Below are positions 11,338 through 23,100 of a DNA stretch of 64,000 nucleotides, one piece after another. Source of the DNA: Andalucia godoyi And28 (Eukaryota; Protista; Jakobida); NCBI GenBank assembly GCA_009859145.1, contig VRVR01000050.1, positions 124,001-188,000 of the forward strand. Direction: 5' to 3'. Position 1 is the first letter of the stretch. Every line of letters begins with the position of its first letter. The notes beneath the pieces were generated by a model that saw nothing but the letters and a program-made list of their open reading frames with translations, had not been told where the DNA came from and ran no database searches. Position numbers and translations under genes: made by a program.

Positions 11338-14109
11338 ATGAACACGGCATCGGACCGATCGAGGCTTAACCGTGCTTCAACCTCCATGGGAATGTCGTCC
11401 ACGGTGAACAAAGTTTCTCGCAAGCAACCGAAGGTGATTCAGAAGAAACTACCGAAGAAATCCACTGAGGCCTCTTCTTTTTCTTCTATTGTTGTATCGG
11501 AAGAAGGAACACGGTGCATGTCACCGTCCATTGCATTTGCAATGCGTTGGACGAAGCCCGGTGGTGACAGGGCGTCGTTTGTGACGCCAACTACGTCGAG
11601 AAGCCCGCTTCCCGACTCAAGGTCTCCCTTGTTTCCACCAGTGTCGAGGGCTTCTTCCGCAACCGGAAATCATCCGCGCGTTTCGATCTCGGCCTCCGTG
11701 AACTTGCAAGCAAGTCAAACGCATTCCAACTCCTTAGTGAAGTCCATGGATGAAAAGCTGCTGCGAATGCATCTGAGGCAAGAATCAGACTTGGCTACAG
11801 AGTGGTCCTGTCAGGAACAGGAACGTGGGCATTCTGTACTGGGATCCCACATTTTCCAGTCCGTCTCCTCTTCGGTTACACCGCAGGCCCAGCATATTAA
11901 TGCACGACTTGTGGTGGATTCGGAAACCGATGCGTCTACGAAGTTCCGGGGGGGCGCAAGAAAGGGCGGAGATCCAAATTTTGCAATGAAGCAAATCATG
12001 GTTGAAGAGGAACGCGAACTTCGGAGGAGGCAGTTTGAGAAATCCATCAAAACCTTTGACAGCGATCTTCGTCAGGCGGAGGAAGTGGTGGGCATCTTGA
12101 AAAAGATGGATCCCCAGTCTTTGGAAAAGGACATTGTTCAAACTCTGCTTCCATCGCTTCCAGCAGAAATGAAGTCCTCCGCACACTCCGTGCAAGACGC
12201 CATCTCGGTGATCAACAACTTGAACGCCTCTCCTCTGCCCCGTCGAAAGGCCCTTGGAGGTGATGATGAGGAGCCCCGCACTTATCAAGGAGTGGGGTCG
12301 AGGCAGCGCATTGCAAAAATTGAAAAAAAGATTCGAGATTTCGTCAATTATATGATGCAACATCCCGAGGAAATGCTAATGTACCAAAAGAAAGTGGCCG
12401 CATTGGAGCGCGATCACCGCAATCGTGTGGCTGGGCTAGCCTCTCCATCGAGAATCCGAGATCAAAGAGACGGAGATGCAGATGATGACTGGAGAACATC
12501 TTCCAGTGCGTTTCCTCAGTCTGCCATCATACGAAACAAGGAGATTGCAAAGTCGATCAATGAGTACAAATCAAGCCAGCTGCAGAAAAACAAGAGAGTG
12601 CGCGAAAAGAATCATGATCGTGCGAGATTGAATCGTGAATCTTTGGCCATTATGGAGACTGAAAGGAAAAAATACCTCGAGGAGAGAATCCTGGAATGGG
12701 CGCTCAAGGCGCACGCAACACACGTTGAATTGCCTCCACATGCAGTGGAACAGCAAAAGGCCGAAGCAGCGTTTGTTTGGAGAGGTGTGTTTGTGGACGA
12801 CGAGGACGACAAGGAAGAGTTTGCTGCGCATTTCGGAAAGAACTCGGAAGCCTCAAAGAAGAGGATAGAACAGCTCAGGACGAAGGCCTGGAAGACAATT
12901 GTATCGTCTCTGTTTGCTGGGCGAATCATAGGTCGATTTCTTCACCGAATGCAGGAACAGAACGCTGCCGATTCTTGGAAGTGGAGGCATGCAGTCTCGG
13001 TTCTCCGAAACAAGTTTTTGCCGATTACGAGAGCCAGGAAGGATCGAATCAAGCAAAATGCAATTCTTGTCATTGCTCGAAATTTCTTTCCCATGCGTAT
13101 CAACATGAAGATAGTTGTGAAGGGGAATGCGGTGTCTCGAATCATACATATGCTTCGGAAAATCAAAGATGGAAAACGGGCGGTTCTGTACATGAAGGCA
13201 TTTCGAAGGAAAATCATTCTGATCCAAAGGTGTGTTCGCAAGGCGATGGCACTGAAGGAAGCGCAGCTAAAATTGTTGGCTCTTCAATTCTCAAAGATTG
13301 AGCTCAAGATGAGGAAGGAAGAGTATAATCGTGAGATGAAGAGAATCGAAGATGACGCTGAGAAGCGGGCTAGGGAGGAAGAGGCGTTATTTGGGAAAGC
13401 GCGTGCCAGATTGGAACATAGACGATTGACGTCGCCATCCAAACTTTCGAATCCCCGAAAACGAAAGGATAGGCGAGGTGATGACGGATTGACGATCAGA
13501 GAACGCTTGGCTCTTGGCCTCCCTTTATCTCCTTTTACTCGCAACATTGATTCGGATGCGTTTGATCCTTTGGCGCTGAAAACAAAGTCGTATCTCGGAA
13601 ACCTGGCTCCACAGCGCGTTGCACCGCACATTCGTGCTGCATTCTTGGAAGCAAACATGAAAGAAAGGAAGAAGAAGTTTATTGAAGACCTTCAGGAGTG
13701 GCAATATGCTCATCAGAGGTGGACCGAAGACATGAAGCGACGACAGATTATCGATCAAGCAACGTTTCTCTTGTCTGCGCAGCTGCAGGGCAAGGATATC
13801 TCCTCAGCCAGAAGTGCTGCGGCCAGCAAACACCAGGAACGCCTTCGAAAAGAACCGCAAAGGCCTAAGCTGGCACATGTACTTCGAGAAAAAGACATGC
13901 GCCAGTTGATCCTTGCCGCCCGTGAAAAACAAACTGTCGAAATTTCGGTGCAAGTCCGCAAGCAGTTTGGAGACTTTCACATTCTCTCCGACAACGACGA
14001 AAGCAGTCCCAATGACCAGACGTCGCCGTTTGAGCCGCGAATTGAAAGCAGAACCCGAAGGACCACAAACGGATCTTTGGTGAAATTCGAGTCAGCGGAT
14101 CTCGACTGA
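11338..14109 (+). CDS. Hypothetical 923-aa protein, coiled-coil, with IQ-like motif
   Basis: Long ATG ORF; IILIQRCVRK resembles an IQ motif; basic helical C-terminal half. Confidence 0.75.
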   Translation: MNTASDRSRLNRASTSMGMSSTVNKVSRKQPKVIQKKLPKKSTEASSFSSIVVSEEGTRCMSPSIAFAMRWTKPGGDRASFVTPTTSRSPLPDSRSPLFPPVSRASSATGNHPRVSISASVNLQASQTHSNSLVKSMDEKLLRMHLRQESDLATEWSCQEQERGHSVLGSHIFQSVSSSVTPQAQHINARLVVDSETDASTKFRGGARKGGDPNFAMKQIMVEEERELRRRQFEKSIKTFDSDLRQAEEVVGILKKMDPQSLEKDIVQTLLPSLPAEMKSSAHSVQDAISVINNLNASPLPRRKALGGDDEEPRTYQGVGSRQRIAKIEKKIRDFVNYMMQHPEEMLMYQKKVAALERDHRNRVAGLASPSRIRDQRDGDADDDWRTSSSAFPQSAIIRNKEIAKSINEYKSSQLQKNKRVREKNHDRARLNRESLAIMETERKKYLEERILEWALKAHATHVELPPHAVEQQKAEAAFVWRGVFVDDEDDKEEFAAHFGKNSEASKKRIEQLRTKAWKTIVSSLFAGRIIGRFLHRMQEQNAADSWKWRHAVSVLRNKFLPITRARKDRIKQNAILVIARNFFPMRINMKIVVKGNAVSRIIHMLRKIKDGKRAVLYMKAFRRKIILIQRCVRKAMALKEAQLKLLALQFSKIELKMRKEEYNREMKRIEDDAEKRAREEEALFGKARARLEHRRLTSPSKLSNPRKRKDRRGDDGLTIRERLALGLPLSPFTRNIDSDAFDPLALKTKSYLGNLAPQRVAPHIRAAFLEANMKERKKKFIEDLQEWQYAHQRWTEDMKRRQIIDQATFLLSAQLQGKDISSARSAAASKHQERLRKEPQRPKLAHVLREKDMRQLILAAREKQTVEISVQVRKQFGDFHILSDNDESSPNDQTSPFEPRIESRTRRTTNGSLVKFESADLD

Positions 14110-14111
14110 AA

Positions 14112-15014
14112 TCAACTTTTGAGGGAATCAAACATTTGATTCCCTGAGTGGTACACCGCAAACGTGACACCATTCACAATGAAGGCACGTGCAAGAGCAA
14201 TGTTTAACCCTCGCCACAAACACATCCAACCATCGTGTCGGATTGTATGTGTCCAGCATGACATCATTGACGGAAATTCGCGCTTTTGAAGCGGCAAAAG
14301 AATGTCTTGACCTTGCATCCGTGATTTGATGATGTCCATCGGGTAGGAGGTAATCCAACACAGCATCCCTGCGATGCCACCGGAGATGAAGGAACTTATG
14401 TGGGAATCCAGTTTCGTGGTTTGCAATAAATCCATGCTCATTTGATATGAAGCAAAGTAGAAACCATACGAATGAGCGTCTCGAATCATCGTTGGCCAGT
14501 AACCGCTGAGCAGTCCATTGCGAATCCCAGAAGTTCTAACAATCCGACGGACGCAGTCCCACGAGTTCTGAAAGGCCCGTTCTGGATGGACCTGCATTTG
14601 GATCTTGATGAGATCCACTGGCGACGCGACAACACAGTTGATTGCTCCGGAAACAGTGCCCGCAGCAAAGATCGCTCCGTACTTTGCATGCGATGGTGGG
14701 TCATCATTCCGGACGGAAAAACACCGCTGCAAATTCGCGGTTATGCCAAACAGAAGAGCATTCTGCAGAACAACGCCAACCGCAGGGGCGGCAGCTCCTC
14801 TGAAGAAGGTCTTGTACGAAGCAGATTCGGAGGCCATGATGGTCTTGAAAGAGCGAAACGATGACGAGTGCTTTGTCGCGTGGTCCGCGGCGGATGCGAC
14901 CTGCATCCGGACGCGAATTGTGTCTAACGGATACCCAGCAATTCCTCCCGATATACCTGCTATGGTTCCTGTAATAAACTCCCGTCCGGAAAATAATTTA
15001 CTATCGTCTTTCAT
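14112..15014 (-). CDS. Mitochondrial carrier (SLC25; carnitine/basic amino acid carrier-like)
   Basis: Three PX[DE]XX[KR] repeats: PLDTIRVRMQ, PVDLIKIQMQ, PMDIIKSRMQ. First ATG at 15014. Confidence 0.93.
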   Translation of the reverse strand: MKDDSKLFSGREFITGTIAGISGGIAGYPLDTIRVRMQVASAADHATKHSSSFRSFKTIMASESASYKTFFRGAAAPAVGVVLQNALLFGITANLQRCFSVRNDDPPSHAKYGAIFAAGTVSGAINCVVASPVDLIKIQMQVHPERAFQNSWDCVRRIVRTSGIRNGLLSGYWPTMIRDAHSYGFYFASYQMSMDLLQTTKLDSHISSFISGGIAGMLCWITSYPMDIIKSRMQGQDILLPLQKREFPSMMSCWTHTIRHDGWMCLWRGLNIALARAFIVNGVTFAVYHSGNQMFDSLKS

Positions 15015-15208
15015 AAGAAAATGTATCAAGCGAAAGGCATGATTCAATTAAACGACAAAACGAAGCACCAAAAACTGCGACGCAGAAAGAAAAAAACATT
15101 CATTTAAAAAGCAAAACAAAAAAGAAGGAAGAAAATACTGTCCAACAATTACGGCAGAAAACGCAAAGCAGAAACGCCAAAAGAAAAAAAACGGAAACAG
15201 AAGCAGCG

Positions 15209-16771
15209 TCATCTTTGGCCCAGAATGTGGTGCTGAAAACTGATGACGACATCGTAAACAGAAGCAAGAACAAAATACCCAAGAACTGCCCACGAAAGTT
15301 TGTAAGCATTTTCTGGCAAGGGAAGTGGAACAGACGCCGGAGAAGCAGGGCCATCCTCTGAAATCAATTCATACGATGTGGCAGGACCAGACTTGGTCAT
15401 CCTCCGGGCGACGTACAGCATGACCACTACAAAAAACCCTGCTTCCATGTTCAGCGTCAGAGCCGTGAAAACCTCAAGGAAAACCAAAAAACCCGAAGGG
15501 TTGAAAATGGCGACGAGGAATATGAATCCAAAATGCATGAAATATCCCGAAAATCGCAACCGAGAGGGACTGTACCGCTGCAAAAATGCTCTTGTTTCGC
15601 GTAGATCCACAACCATGCCATCGATGGTGTGCTTCATTCCAGAAGACATTGTGATGTAGGAAATAGTCACAGAAATTAAAATGAAAAAATCGATCAGAAA
15701 CGCCGCCCATTCAAACTGAGGGTACTCGTCCTTGAGAACTTGCGACAATGGTACAGTGGCAGGCTCGCCTTTCTCCTGAGAGCGCTGTAGTGACACTGAA
15801 GAATCCGAGGAGGAAGTCTGAGGGACAATGGACAAAATAAAATACGTCCACAAAACGTTCAGAATGTAGCAGACAGTCAAACCCAGCAACACAGCAATAC
15901 GAAACTTCGCCATCGCAACTTTTGTGAATGGCAAGCGCGCAAACATGACAGGCATGGTGGCCATAACGCCCCCGAGAGCTACGCAAGAAATCAACAAGGG
16001 CTGCAAAATCGCAGACCAGTTGTCGGAATAAGAACGGTCGATTTCGCCTGCAACAAACCCCACAACGCTGACTAAAAATATGAGCAACGCCCCTTTTGCA
16101 AGCGTAAAAAACGCGACAACCGGCTGAATTAATTTTTGCACACCGATGACAACGAAAGTGAAGACAAAAAAGAACGGAATGATGACGTATCTGTAGTACT
16201 GATCGACTCCCATAACCCTGGACCAAGACTTCGAACCAGCAAGAGTATATGATATAAGAATTGACAGAAAATGGATGACGACACACACAGAATAGAAGAA
16301 ATGACCTGTCTTATTCAAAAACATTGTTCCCAGTAAATGCAAATCCGGACGACGAGGCTCCTCGGTGAATTCGCTTTCTTCACTTGACTCGTCCGAAACG
16401 ACATTTGTTTTCTGTTGGAGGAGCAAGAAGGACCGCTGAAGTAAATCAACCATGTAGATCACAACGCCCACTTGCATCACGTAGCAAAGAGTAAAATTCA
16501 GAAAAAAGGGCCAAAACCCAGATGAACTGACCTTCACTGGAAGAGCGAGAATTCCAGTTCCCAAAATTGTAGCGATCGATATGAAAAATGCAAAAACGTA
16601 ATGTTTCCAAGAGTCCTTTACCTCGGAGTTTCTGCGAGAAGTGGGAGGCTTTGGGGTCTGCGATGCTTCAATCACACGAATGGAAACGTCCGGAGAAGCA
16701 ACGCCGTCAACCAACCGATTAGACGAAGGCTCGTCCACAGAAAGACGATCTCTGGAACCCCGTAAGGACAT
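15209..16771 (-). CDS. Amino-acid permease (APC superfamily, AAAP/HAAAP-like)
   Basis: ILGTGILALP TM1 motif, about 11 hydrophobic segments, 520 aa. Confidence 0.85.
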   Translation of the reverse strand: MSLRGSRDRLSVDEPSSNRLVDGVASPDVSIRVIEASQTPKPPTSRRNSEVKDSWKHYVFAFFISIATILGTGILALPVKVSSSGFWPFFLNFTLCYVMQVGVVIYMVDLLQRSFLLLQQKTNVVSDESSEESEFTEEPRRPDLHLLGTMFLNKTGHFFYSVCVVIHFLSILISYTLAGSKSWSRVMGVDQYYRYVIIPFFFVFTFVVIGVQKLIQPVVAFFTLAKGALLIFLVSVVGFVAGEIDRSYSDNWSAILQPLLISCVALGGVMATMPVMFARLPFTKVAMAKFRIAVLLGLTVCYILNVLWTYFILSIVPQTSSSDSSVSLQRSQEKGEPATVPLSQVLKDEYPQFEWAAFLIDFFILISVTISYITMSSGMKHTIDGMVVDLRETRAFLQRYSPSRLRFSGYFMHFGFIFLVAIFNPSGFLVFLEVFTALTLNMEAGFFVVVMLYVARRMTKSGPATSYELISEDGPASPASVPLPLPENAYKLSWAVLGYFVLASVYDVVISFQHHILGQR

Positions 16772-16951
16772 ATCGGGATATGCTCGATTCGACAGCCATG
16801 AAAGAGAGGAAATGGCAGAAATTCAAAATCAAATGACCCTGCAGAGAGTTGCAGGGAAAACAGGACATGCCAAAGCAGAAATGTGTTTGGCAGATTAAAA
16901 CACCGGATATCAGATATTTGAAGTATCGACACACAGCAATTTCAATCTCGA

Positions 16952-17023
16952 TCGGGTGTAGTATAGCGGTTAGTATTCCCGCCTGTCACGCGGGCGACCC
17001 GGGTTCGATTCCCGGCACTCGAG
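16952..17023 (+). tRNA. tRNA-Asp(GTC)
   Basis: Acceptor stem TCGGGTG/CACTCGA, anticodon arm CCCGC-CTGTCAC-GCGGG, GGTTCGATTCC T-loop, T-run downstream (Pol III terminator). Confidence 0.97.
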
Positions 17024-17559
17024 AATTTTTTTTTTCCCCGCAAGAAATGCACTCTTTGAAAACCGGGGGAGGGGGAGCCCTTCCCTGCGCATTTGATGAA
17101 TTTGTGTGTGGACATCCTTTGAATAAAGGATTTTTCAATGTATCCAAAATGAACAAAGAGCACGAGGTACGGAGGAAGAAGAAGAAGAAGGAAAAACAAC
17201 AAGAACAGGAATGAACCCCAGAAACGAAGCAAACGGAGCACACAAACAGCATTCGCAGGTGCCTGGGAAGATGGATTGCAGCCCTAGACCGCTGGTTGAG
17301 AGGCTACAACCACGTCCCTTTAGGGCCGCTGATGAAGCTGGAGGTCGGTTCTTTCCAATCGTATAGCATGGCCTCTAAACCAGGAAATTATTCTCAGTCC
17401 AGCATGGTGTTGAGCAATGGTCGGAACAGTGTGAATGCCGGAAAACAACAGAACGGGAAAAGGCGGTTCCAGCGAAGAACAGCAGATTTGGAATGATCTT
17501 TTTTGTCAAATTCTGCGCGCGCGAGTGAGGCGGCGTGGAACTTTTCATCTGCCACAGTA

Positions 17560-19611
17560 AGATGCTGTGAAGATATAATGAATGGAAAGGTGGGGACGAT
17601 TCAGCCCTGCCCCACAAGGCATCCAGTTCTTGCGCTTTTTGACGAGTGCTTCGAGACGGAGTAAAGCGCAGTGCCTTATCCCGCTGAAAGCACAAGTGCT
17701 CCAGCCCAGCTAGGTCTTCGCACTACAGTCTTGCGCGCGAAGGAGACAGTTGGGAAGGGTCCAGGAGTCATCCAGACAGCAGTTTTCGACTGGGAAGCTC
17801 CGGATTTCGCACGCTCTGATCTGAGCTTGTAAGGAAACTGCGATTTGATGCGACATTCTCGATCATGTCGCTTGCAGAATCTCTAAACTTATCTTGGCAT
17901 TCCGTTTTTTAATCGCAGATGGGATCCTTGTATTGTAATACCAACTGCGCCAAAATGTTTGCTAGCTACCCGTGGAATGCGAAACGTGCATTCCAACACC
18001 TTGCACAAAACATGTCTTGTTTTTTTCGTGGGGTGAGCCTTCCAGGTGGTAGTGGCAGCATCATGGATTCAACACAATCCATTCATCGACACTCGGCAGA
18101 CGGCGGTTCATGAGTTTTTGCTGCTGTAGTTTTTCAAATTCCTTTGCGCGTTTCTACTGTTCAGAAAGAAAGGGACCGATAAATACCTAGGAGATCCACT
18201 GTCTTCTGGAGTGATACCGGAATTGCCAGATCCCGGACGCAGTGCATTGATTCACAACCTGGCTCTCCGGGCCGCGTGCTGGCTCTTCACGATCGCGCCA
18301 TCCTGTGCGTTTTCGAACGCATTCTCTTTCGTTTTCTTTTTTCGTAATGAAACACGCATGAATCCAACAGTTTTGATATTGATTAAGCAAAACTTCACTC
18401 CCTGCTCGTTTCTCTCGTTCCCGATACCAATAAAAACATTCCAGAAATCGCAATAAATCAATAGTATTTCCTGCGTGAATCTCAAAAGCCCCATGCCGCA
18501 AACCGCGGTTAGTATCGAGCCAGGGCTAGCTCTGGGCAAGCTTAACTTTTTGCAGAAATGTAAGTCACCGACACGCACACTCTCTTTGATCGGTTGCTTG
18601 CCTTGCCTTGCCGATCCTGTTTACGAAAGATCGGTCAAGCTGGAGAACGAGAAATCAACAGAAATTCTGGGGAAGTGCGGGAGGATGCACTCACAAAGGG
18701 GGGGGGACATATCAACGACAATTGCCAGATCTGGAAGCGAAGAAGGCATCAGTCAGTCGTTTGAGGTATCGTTGATGCGAAAATACGTTGAATAGCGACT
18801 GTCAGAATATTCGGTGCACACGATTCAAAAGTAATTGAAGGTGAAGGAACATCAAGGGCTTTCTCGTCTGCTACGTTATCTGAAGAAGGCGTTCTAAAAA
18901 TCTCATCGGGTGATTCTGGTACGGACATGCGGCTGCGTCGCAATCGACACCTGGAAAGGCAGCAACTGGAATGCTCGACGATTGCGGCGAGATAGGCGGC
19001 CTTCAAACCCCCGATGACAGAAAAGACATGAGATTCCACTGAGCGTATTTCGAAAAAGAAAAACATGGGTAAAACTTCCAAAATATTTTAAGACAAAGCA
19101 AATGTAAATGGACGACAGGTTTGATTCACTCCGATGTTGCAGACCGATGGAAACTACCACATCGCGAAGAATGTCCAAGATTGTTGGAGTATATCACCGA
19201 ACCATCTATCGAAAGAACAGCCCCGTGTTTAGAAAAATTTCAGTTCAACTAGCTGCTGGTCAAAGCGCAATGCACGCATTCTGACAGAGTGCTATTTTTC
19301 AGATAAAGACGTCAGCAAAACGTGAAACCTGCCGAGGACGCCGGATTTTTTTCTGCAGCAGAGAACTGCATCTGACCCAAACAATCCCTGTCCAAGAATC
19401 GAAGACTGCATCTTGATCCAAATGAAGACTCCGCTTGAAGTACTGCCTGAACAAAGATGTCGTAATTCTGAGTATGTTGTCGGATTGCGAAAGCGTTCTT
19501 TTGGGATTGGTTTTGAGGACAAAAGATGGACAGGATGATTAATTTGAGTGTTTTAGAAGACAGACCAACCGATGCTGCTCTATCTAGATACGAAACCAGT
19601 TGCAGAATCAA
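17560..19611 (-). pseudogene. Probable decayed ankyrin-repeat-like coding sequence
   Basis: No long ORF, but minus-strand fragments across frames look ankyrin-like (LDRDCLGQMQFSAAEKN, FSKHGAVLSIDG, GLKAAYLAAIVEHSSCC, FPGVDCDA, LQLLLNR), interrupted by many stops and frameshifts. Boundaries are approximate. Confidence 0.3.
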
Positions 19612-20119
19612 CTGACATTGTGGTATGATTCCATACGTATATTTATCGTTGTCAGCCGTAATGATGAATCCAATGAGTACTGGGATAGTGGTTCGTGGAC
19701 AGTAACTCTCTCAAATTAATGGAACTGTTTCAAAATTTCGCACCGGAAGACGAACCAGAATCTTATCCAAAAACCGACTGATCGTTGGCCAACAAGGAGA
19801 GTTTCACGCTGGCGGGGGTGTTCCCGCGCAGCGCCGTTCATCCCGAGTAGGCAGTCCAGGGAAATGATGGAGAGAAGGAGTGCAAGTTGTAGCTGTTGCG
19901 GATGTTGGTCTTTCGACTGTCGAGGAACCTCTGTCACATGCTGTCTCGGCAAGTTGTCGTTTCGGCGCCAAGCAGTGGGGCATTTTCTCCTTCCCTGCGT
20001 TGCCTGCAGAAAGAAAGACAGATGCGTGCCGCACCAAATGAAACTGCAACTCGAAGGCTTCGAAATTACATGAGAAAACAAAGAATACCACTTCAGAACT
20101 GCGGACGTTATTGTTTACG

Positions 20120-23100
20120 TTATGTAGACGGGGACTGAGCAGCGTTACGACGGAAAGCACCGATGGCTAGTGTCGCATTACCGAGTTTTTTCCGAATGCG
20201 TTTTTCTCTTTCCATGTGAACTAACAACAACAGTTCCTGATATTCCGCACCATTGATGGATTCGACGTCGTCTAGGACGGAATGCGACTCTGTCTCTTGA
20301 GAAGACAAAATCGAAAGGAGATTGGTCCGCGACTGCAACATGGTTTCCCTTTCTTGCTGCAGTCGGCTGGATGTACTCTGCGCAGCTCGATATTCCACAA
20401 GGTCTCCGGTTGCAAGAGCATCCTGCATGTCTTCTTGCGCTGATCGCCATAGCGATTCCATCGAAGATAACTTCTGATCAATATCTCGAATTTTCTCTCT
20501 GTTTCGATCGACTTCCCGTCGCAAAGCAGAAAATTCCTCAATCCTCGACACAGCTGCCGATCTCCGCTGAGCTGTTTCTTCCCAAGACTGTCTTTCTACG
20601 TTGATTCTCTCTTGCTCTGCATGTGTAGAACGAATAGCATCGGATAGCTGCATAAACTCATCCGCAAACGGAGCAAGGAACGAATAGCGCTCGTGAGCAC
20701 GCGGAAGATTTGCCCGGATAACGTCTGTGGAGATGGTCAACGGAACACCAAGTTGATGCATGGTAACAACTTCATCCGCAAATGCTTCTCTTACTGTCTG
20801 CCGCATTTGCATGACATCTGCAAACAGTCGCTCCTCCAATCGCTCGGCTTCCTTCCAAGACTCTCGCTTTTTAACCAAATCATCTCTACCTGCATTCCAA
20901 AGGCGTATAACTTCCATTAATTTCACTCTAGCCTCTTCGGTAGAATCATGCAGATCGAGAACTCTCTGTAGCTGATTAGCAGTGTCCGAGTATATGTCCG
21001 TGAATCCGTTGCTTAAATCATGGTTCTCACTCACTTGGTCTACTGGAATACCCAGCAATTCTGCAAGATGAAGTTGTCGAGCACGTTCATTTTGGAATAT
21101 TTCCTCCAGTCGGAACGACACTGCTTTCAGCTTCTGGATCAGTCCGCCAACAAGCTCGGCCTTGTGCAAAGAAGCTGTATATACAGTTTCTTCGAGCGCG
21201 ACTTTGCGAGCATCCAGCACCTCAGCCTTGTCATCGTCAATCTTTCCTTTCCCGACAGAAAGAAGATCACGAAGTGCCTTTTCAACATCTTCCATTTCAT
21301 GCAGCGACCGCTGAATCCGCGAATCGATCTCACCTTTCTCAAGCCTCAGCCTTTCTACAGAGCCAATCGCAGACACAGTGTCTTTGTTGAGCGTATCAAT
21401 CCGTTGTAAAAATGATTTTGTAGCATTGGATTCTCGAATGCGTTCTTCAGGAGAAACCGGCTGCAGGGGAGGCACAGTTCTCGTAGGAATCGAAGAGATC
21501 TCGGACGACACTTGAGATTTCAGCTGCAGCTCACGTTCATAATCACGCTGAGTTCGAAACTGAGCCAGTAGAGTTTCCTTTTTCTTCTCCAAAACACGGA
21601 TCTGTTCAAGAACAGACCGAATTTCCGAGGCTGTGATATCTGAAGGGAGCGCATTGGAAGCAAGGTCGACCGCCAGTTCCGTAGGACCAACGTCCTTGTA
21701 CAACGCAGGAAGCCCAGAGGAAGGAATAGGTGTTGTTGAAGCTGATGGCACCGACGCAACAGAAGATGTATTCTCCACTTTCGAAGTTTCGACATTCTCC
21801 ACAGCGCACACCTGGGGAAGCAAGGATAGGATCGAAGACTTGCAAGAAGACGACAACGAACAGTTTCGAAGCGACAGATAATCTAGGCCGTTCGAACGAG
21901 CTGCTGCTTCTGCAATGTCGATGCAAACTGCGTCTCCAAGAGAATTTCCATCCAGGAAAATCCGTCGCGGACAGGCCGCTTTGTTGTTGCGCAGCATTGA
22001 AACCAGTTTAGAACCAAAGACTTCACCCAAGTTGTTGGCGCATACAGACAGGGACATAATGGCGGACAATCCCATCTGATGCCTGACATCGAAAGATTCG
22101 AGAAGACGAACCACGTTAGAATCGACAAGACCACAGTCGTCGATGGTCAGCTTGGAAAGTGGAGCCTGACACTTCTCCAGTAGAAGGCAAAGATGAACCA
22201 TTGCAGCCGCCGTCAAACGTGGGTTACCGGAAATGTTCACCGTGGCAAGAACCGAAGAATGGTTTGACACCAAGGTTTCGCTGAGAACGAGAATTGCACG
22301 GTCTGTAAGGCCACAGGATGAAATGTCTATCTCCCGCAAAGTAGTGGAACGAGCAACTGCTTCCAAAATGGCTACCGACCCGTCAACACCCAGTTGATTG
22401 GAGCCGACATGCAGAGAACACAGCTGGGACGAAGGAGAGGCCTTCAGGCTCTCTGCAAGAGACCTTGCAGATTCAGCGGACATCCCACAGCTGTCGAGAT
22501 CGAGGGACAACAAACACCGTACGTTTTCCACTATCTCTGCCACCAATTGCAGAGATACTTCCGTAAGTTTCATTCCACGAAACGAAAGACACGTTGAGAT
22601 GCGGTCTGGTTCTGCAGAAGCCACATTTTCCATGTATTTCACCAACACCTGTTCAGGCTCCACATCCAGTTCTACACATTTTGCACGATATGCATCCGTC
22701 AAAGCGCGGATTGCAAGAGTATCATCATCCATATATGACCACATAGACTCCTCCTGTGGTATGCTCAGCACAAATTGCGATCCGTCCGCTGCGGTTTCCC
22801 TAACTTGTTGACGGGTCACATCAACCCGTTGAACGCTACCAGTCTTCTGAAGTTCCTGTATGATCTTCGCTTCTCCTTCTTCGGAAATAAAATTGAGATC
22901 CAAGCCTATGAATTCCAACCGAGGATTTCCCGACGCAGCAAAACATAATCCCAAAGCACCATTGTCAGCAACAAGATTGTTAGAAAGAACTATTCTTCTC
23001 AGATTAGGATGATTCGCAGACGCACGTGACAACGCGATAGCACCCTTTTCTCCAATCTTCGTGTTAACGAGAGATAACTCTTCGAGACCAGATATTCTTC

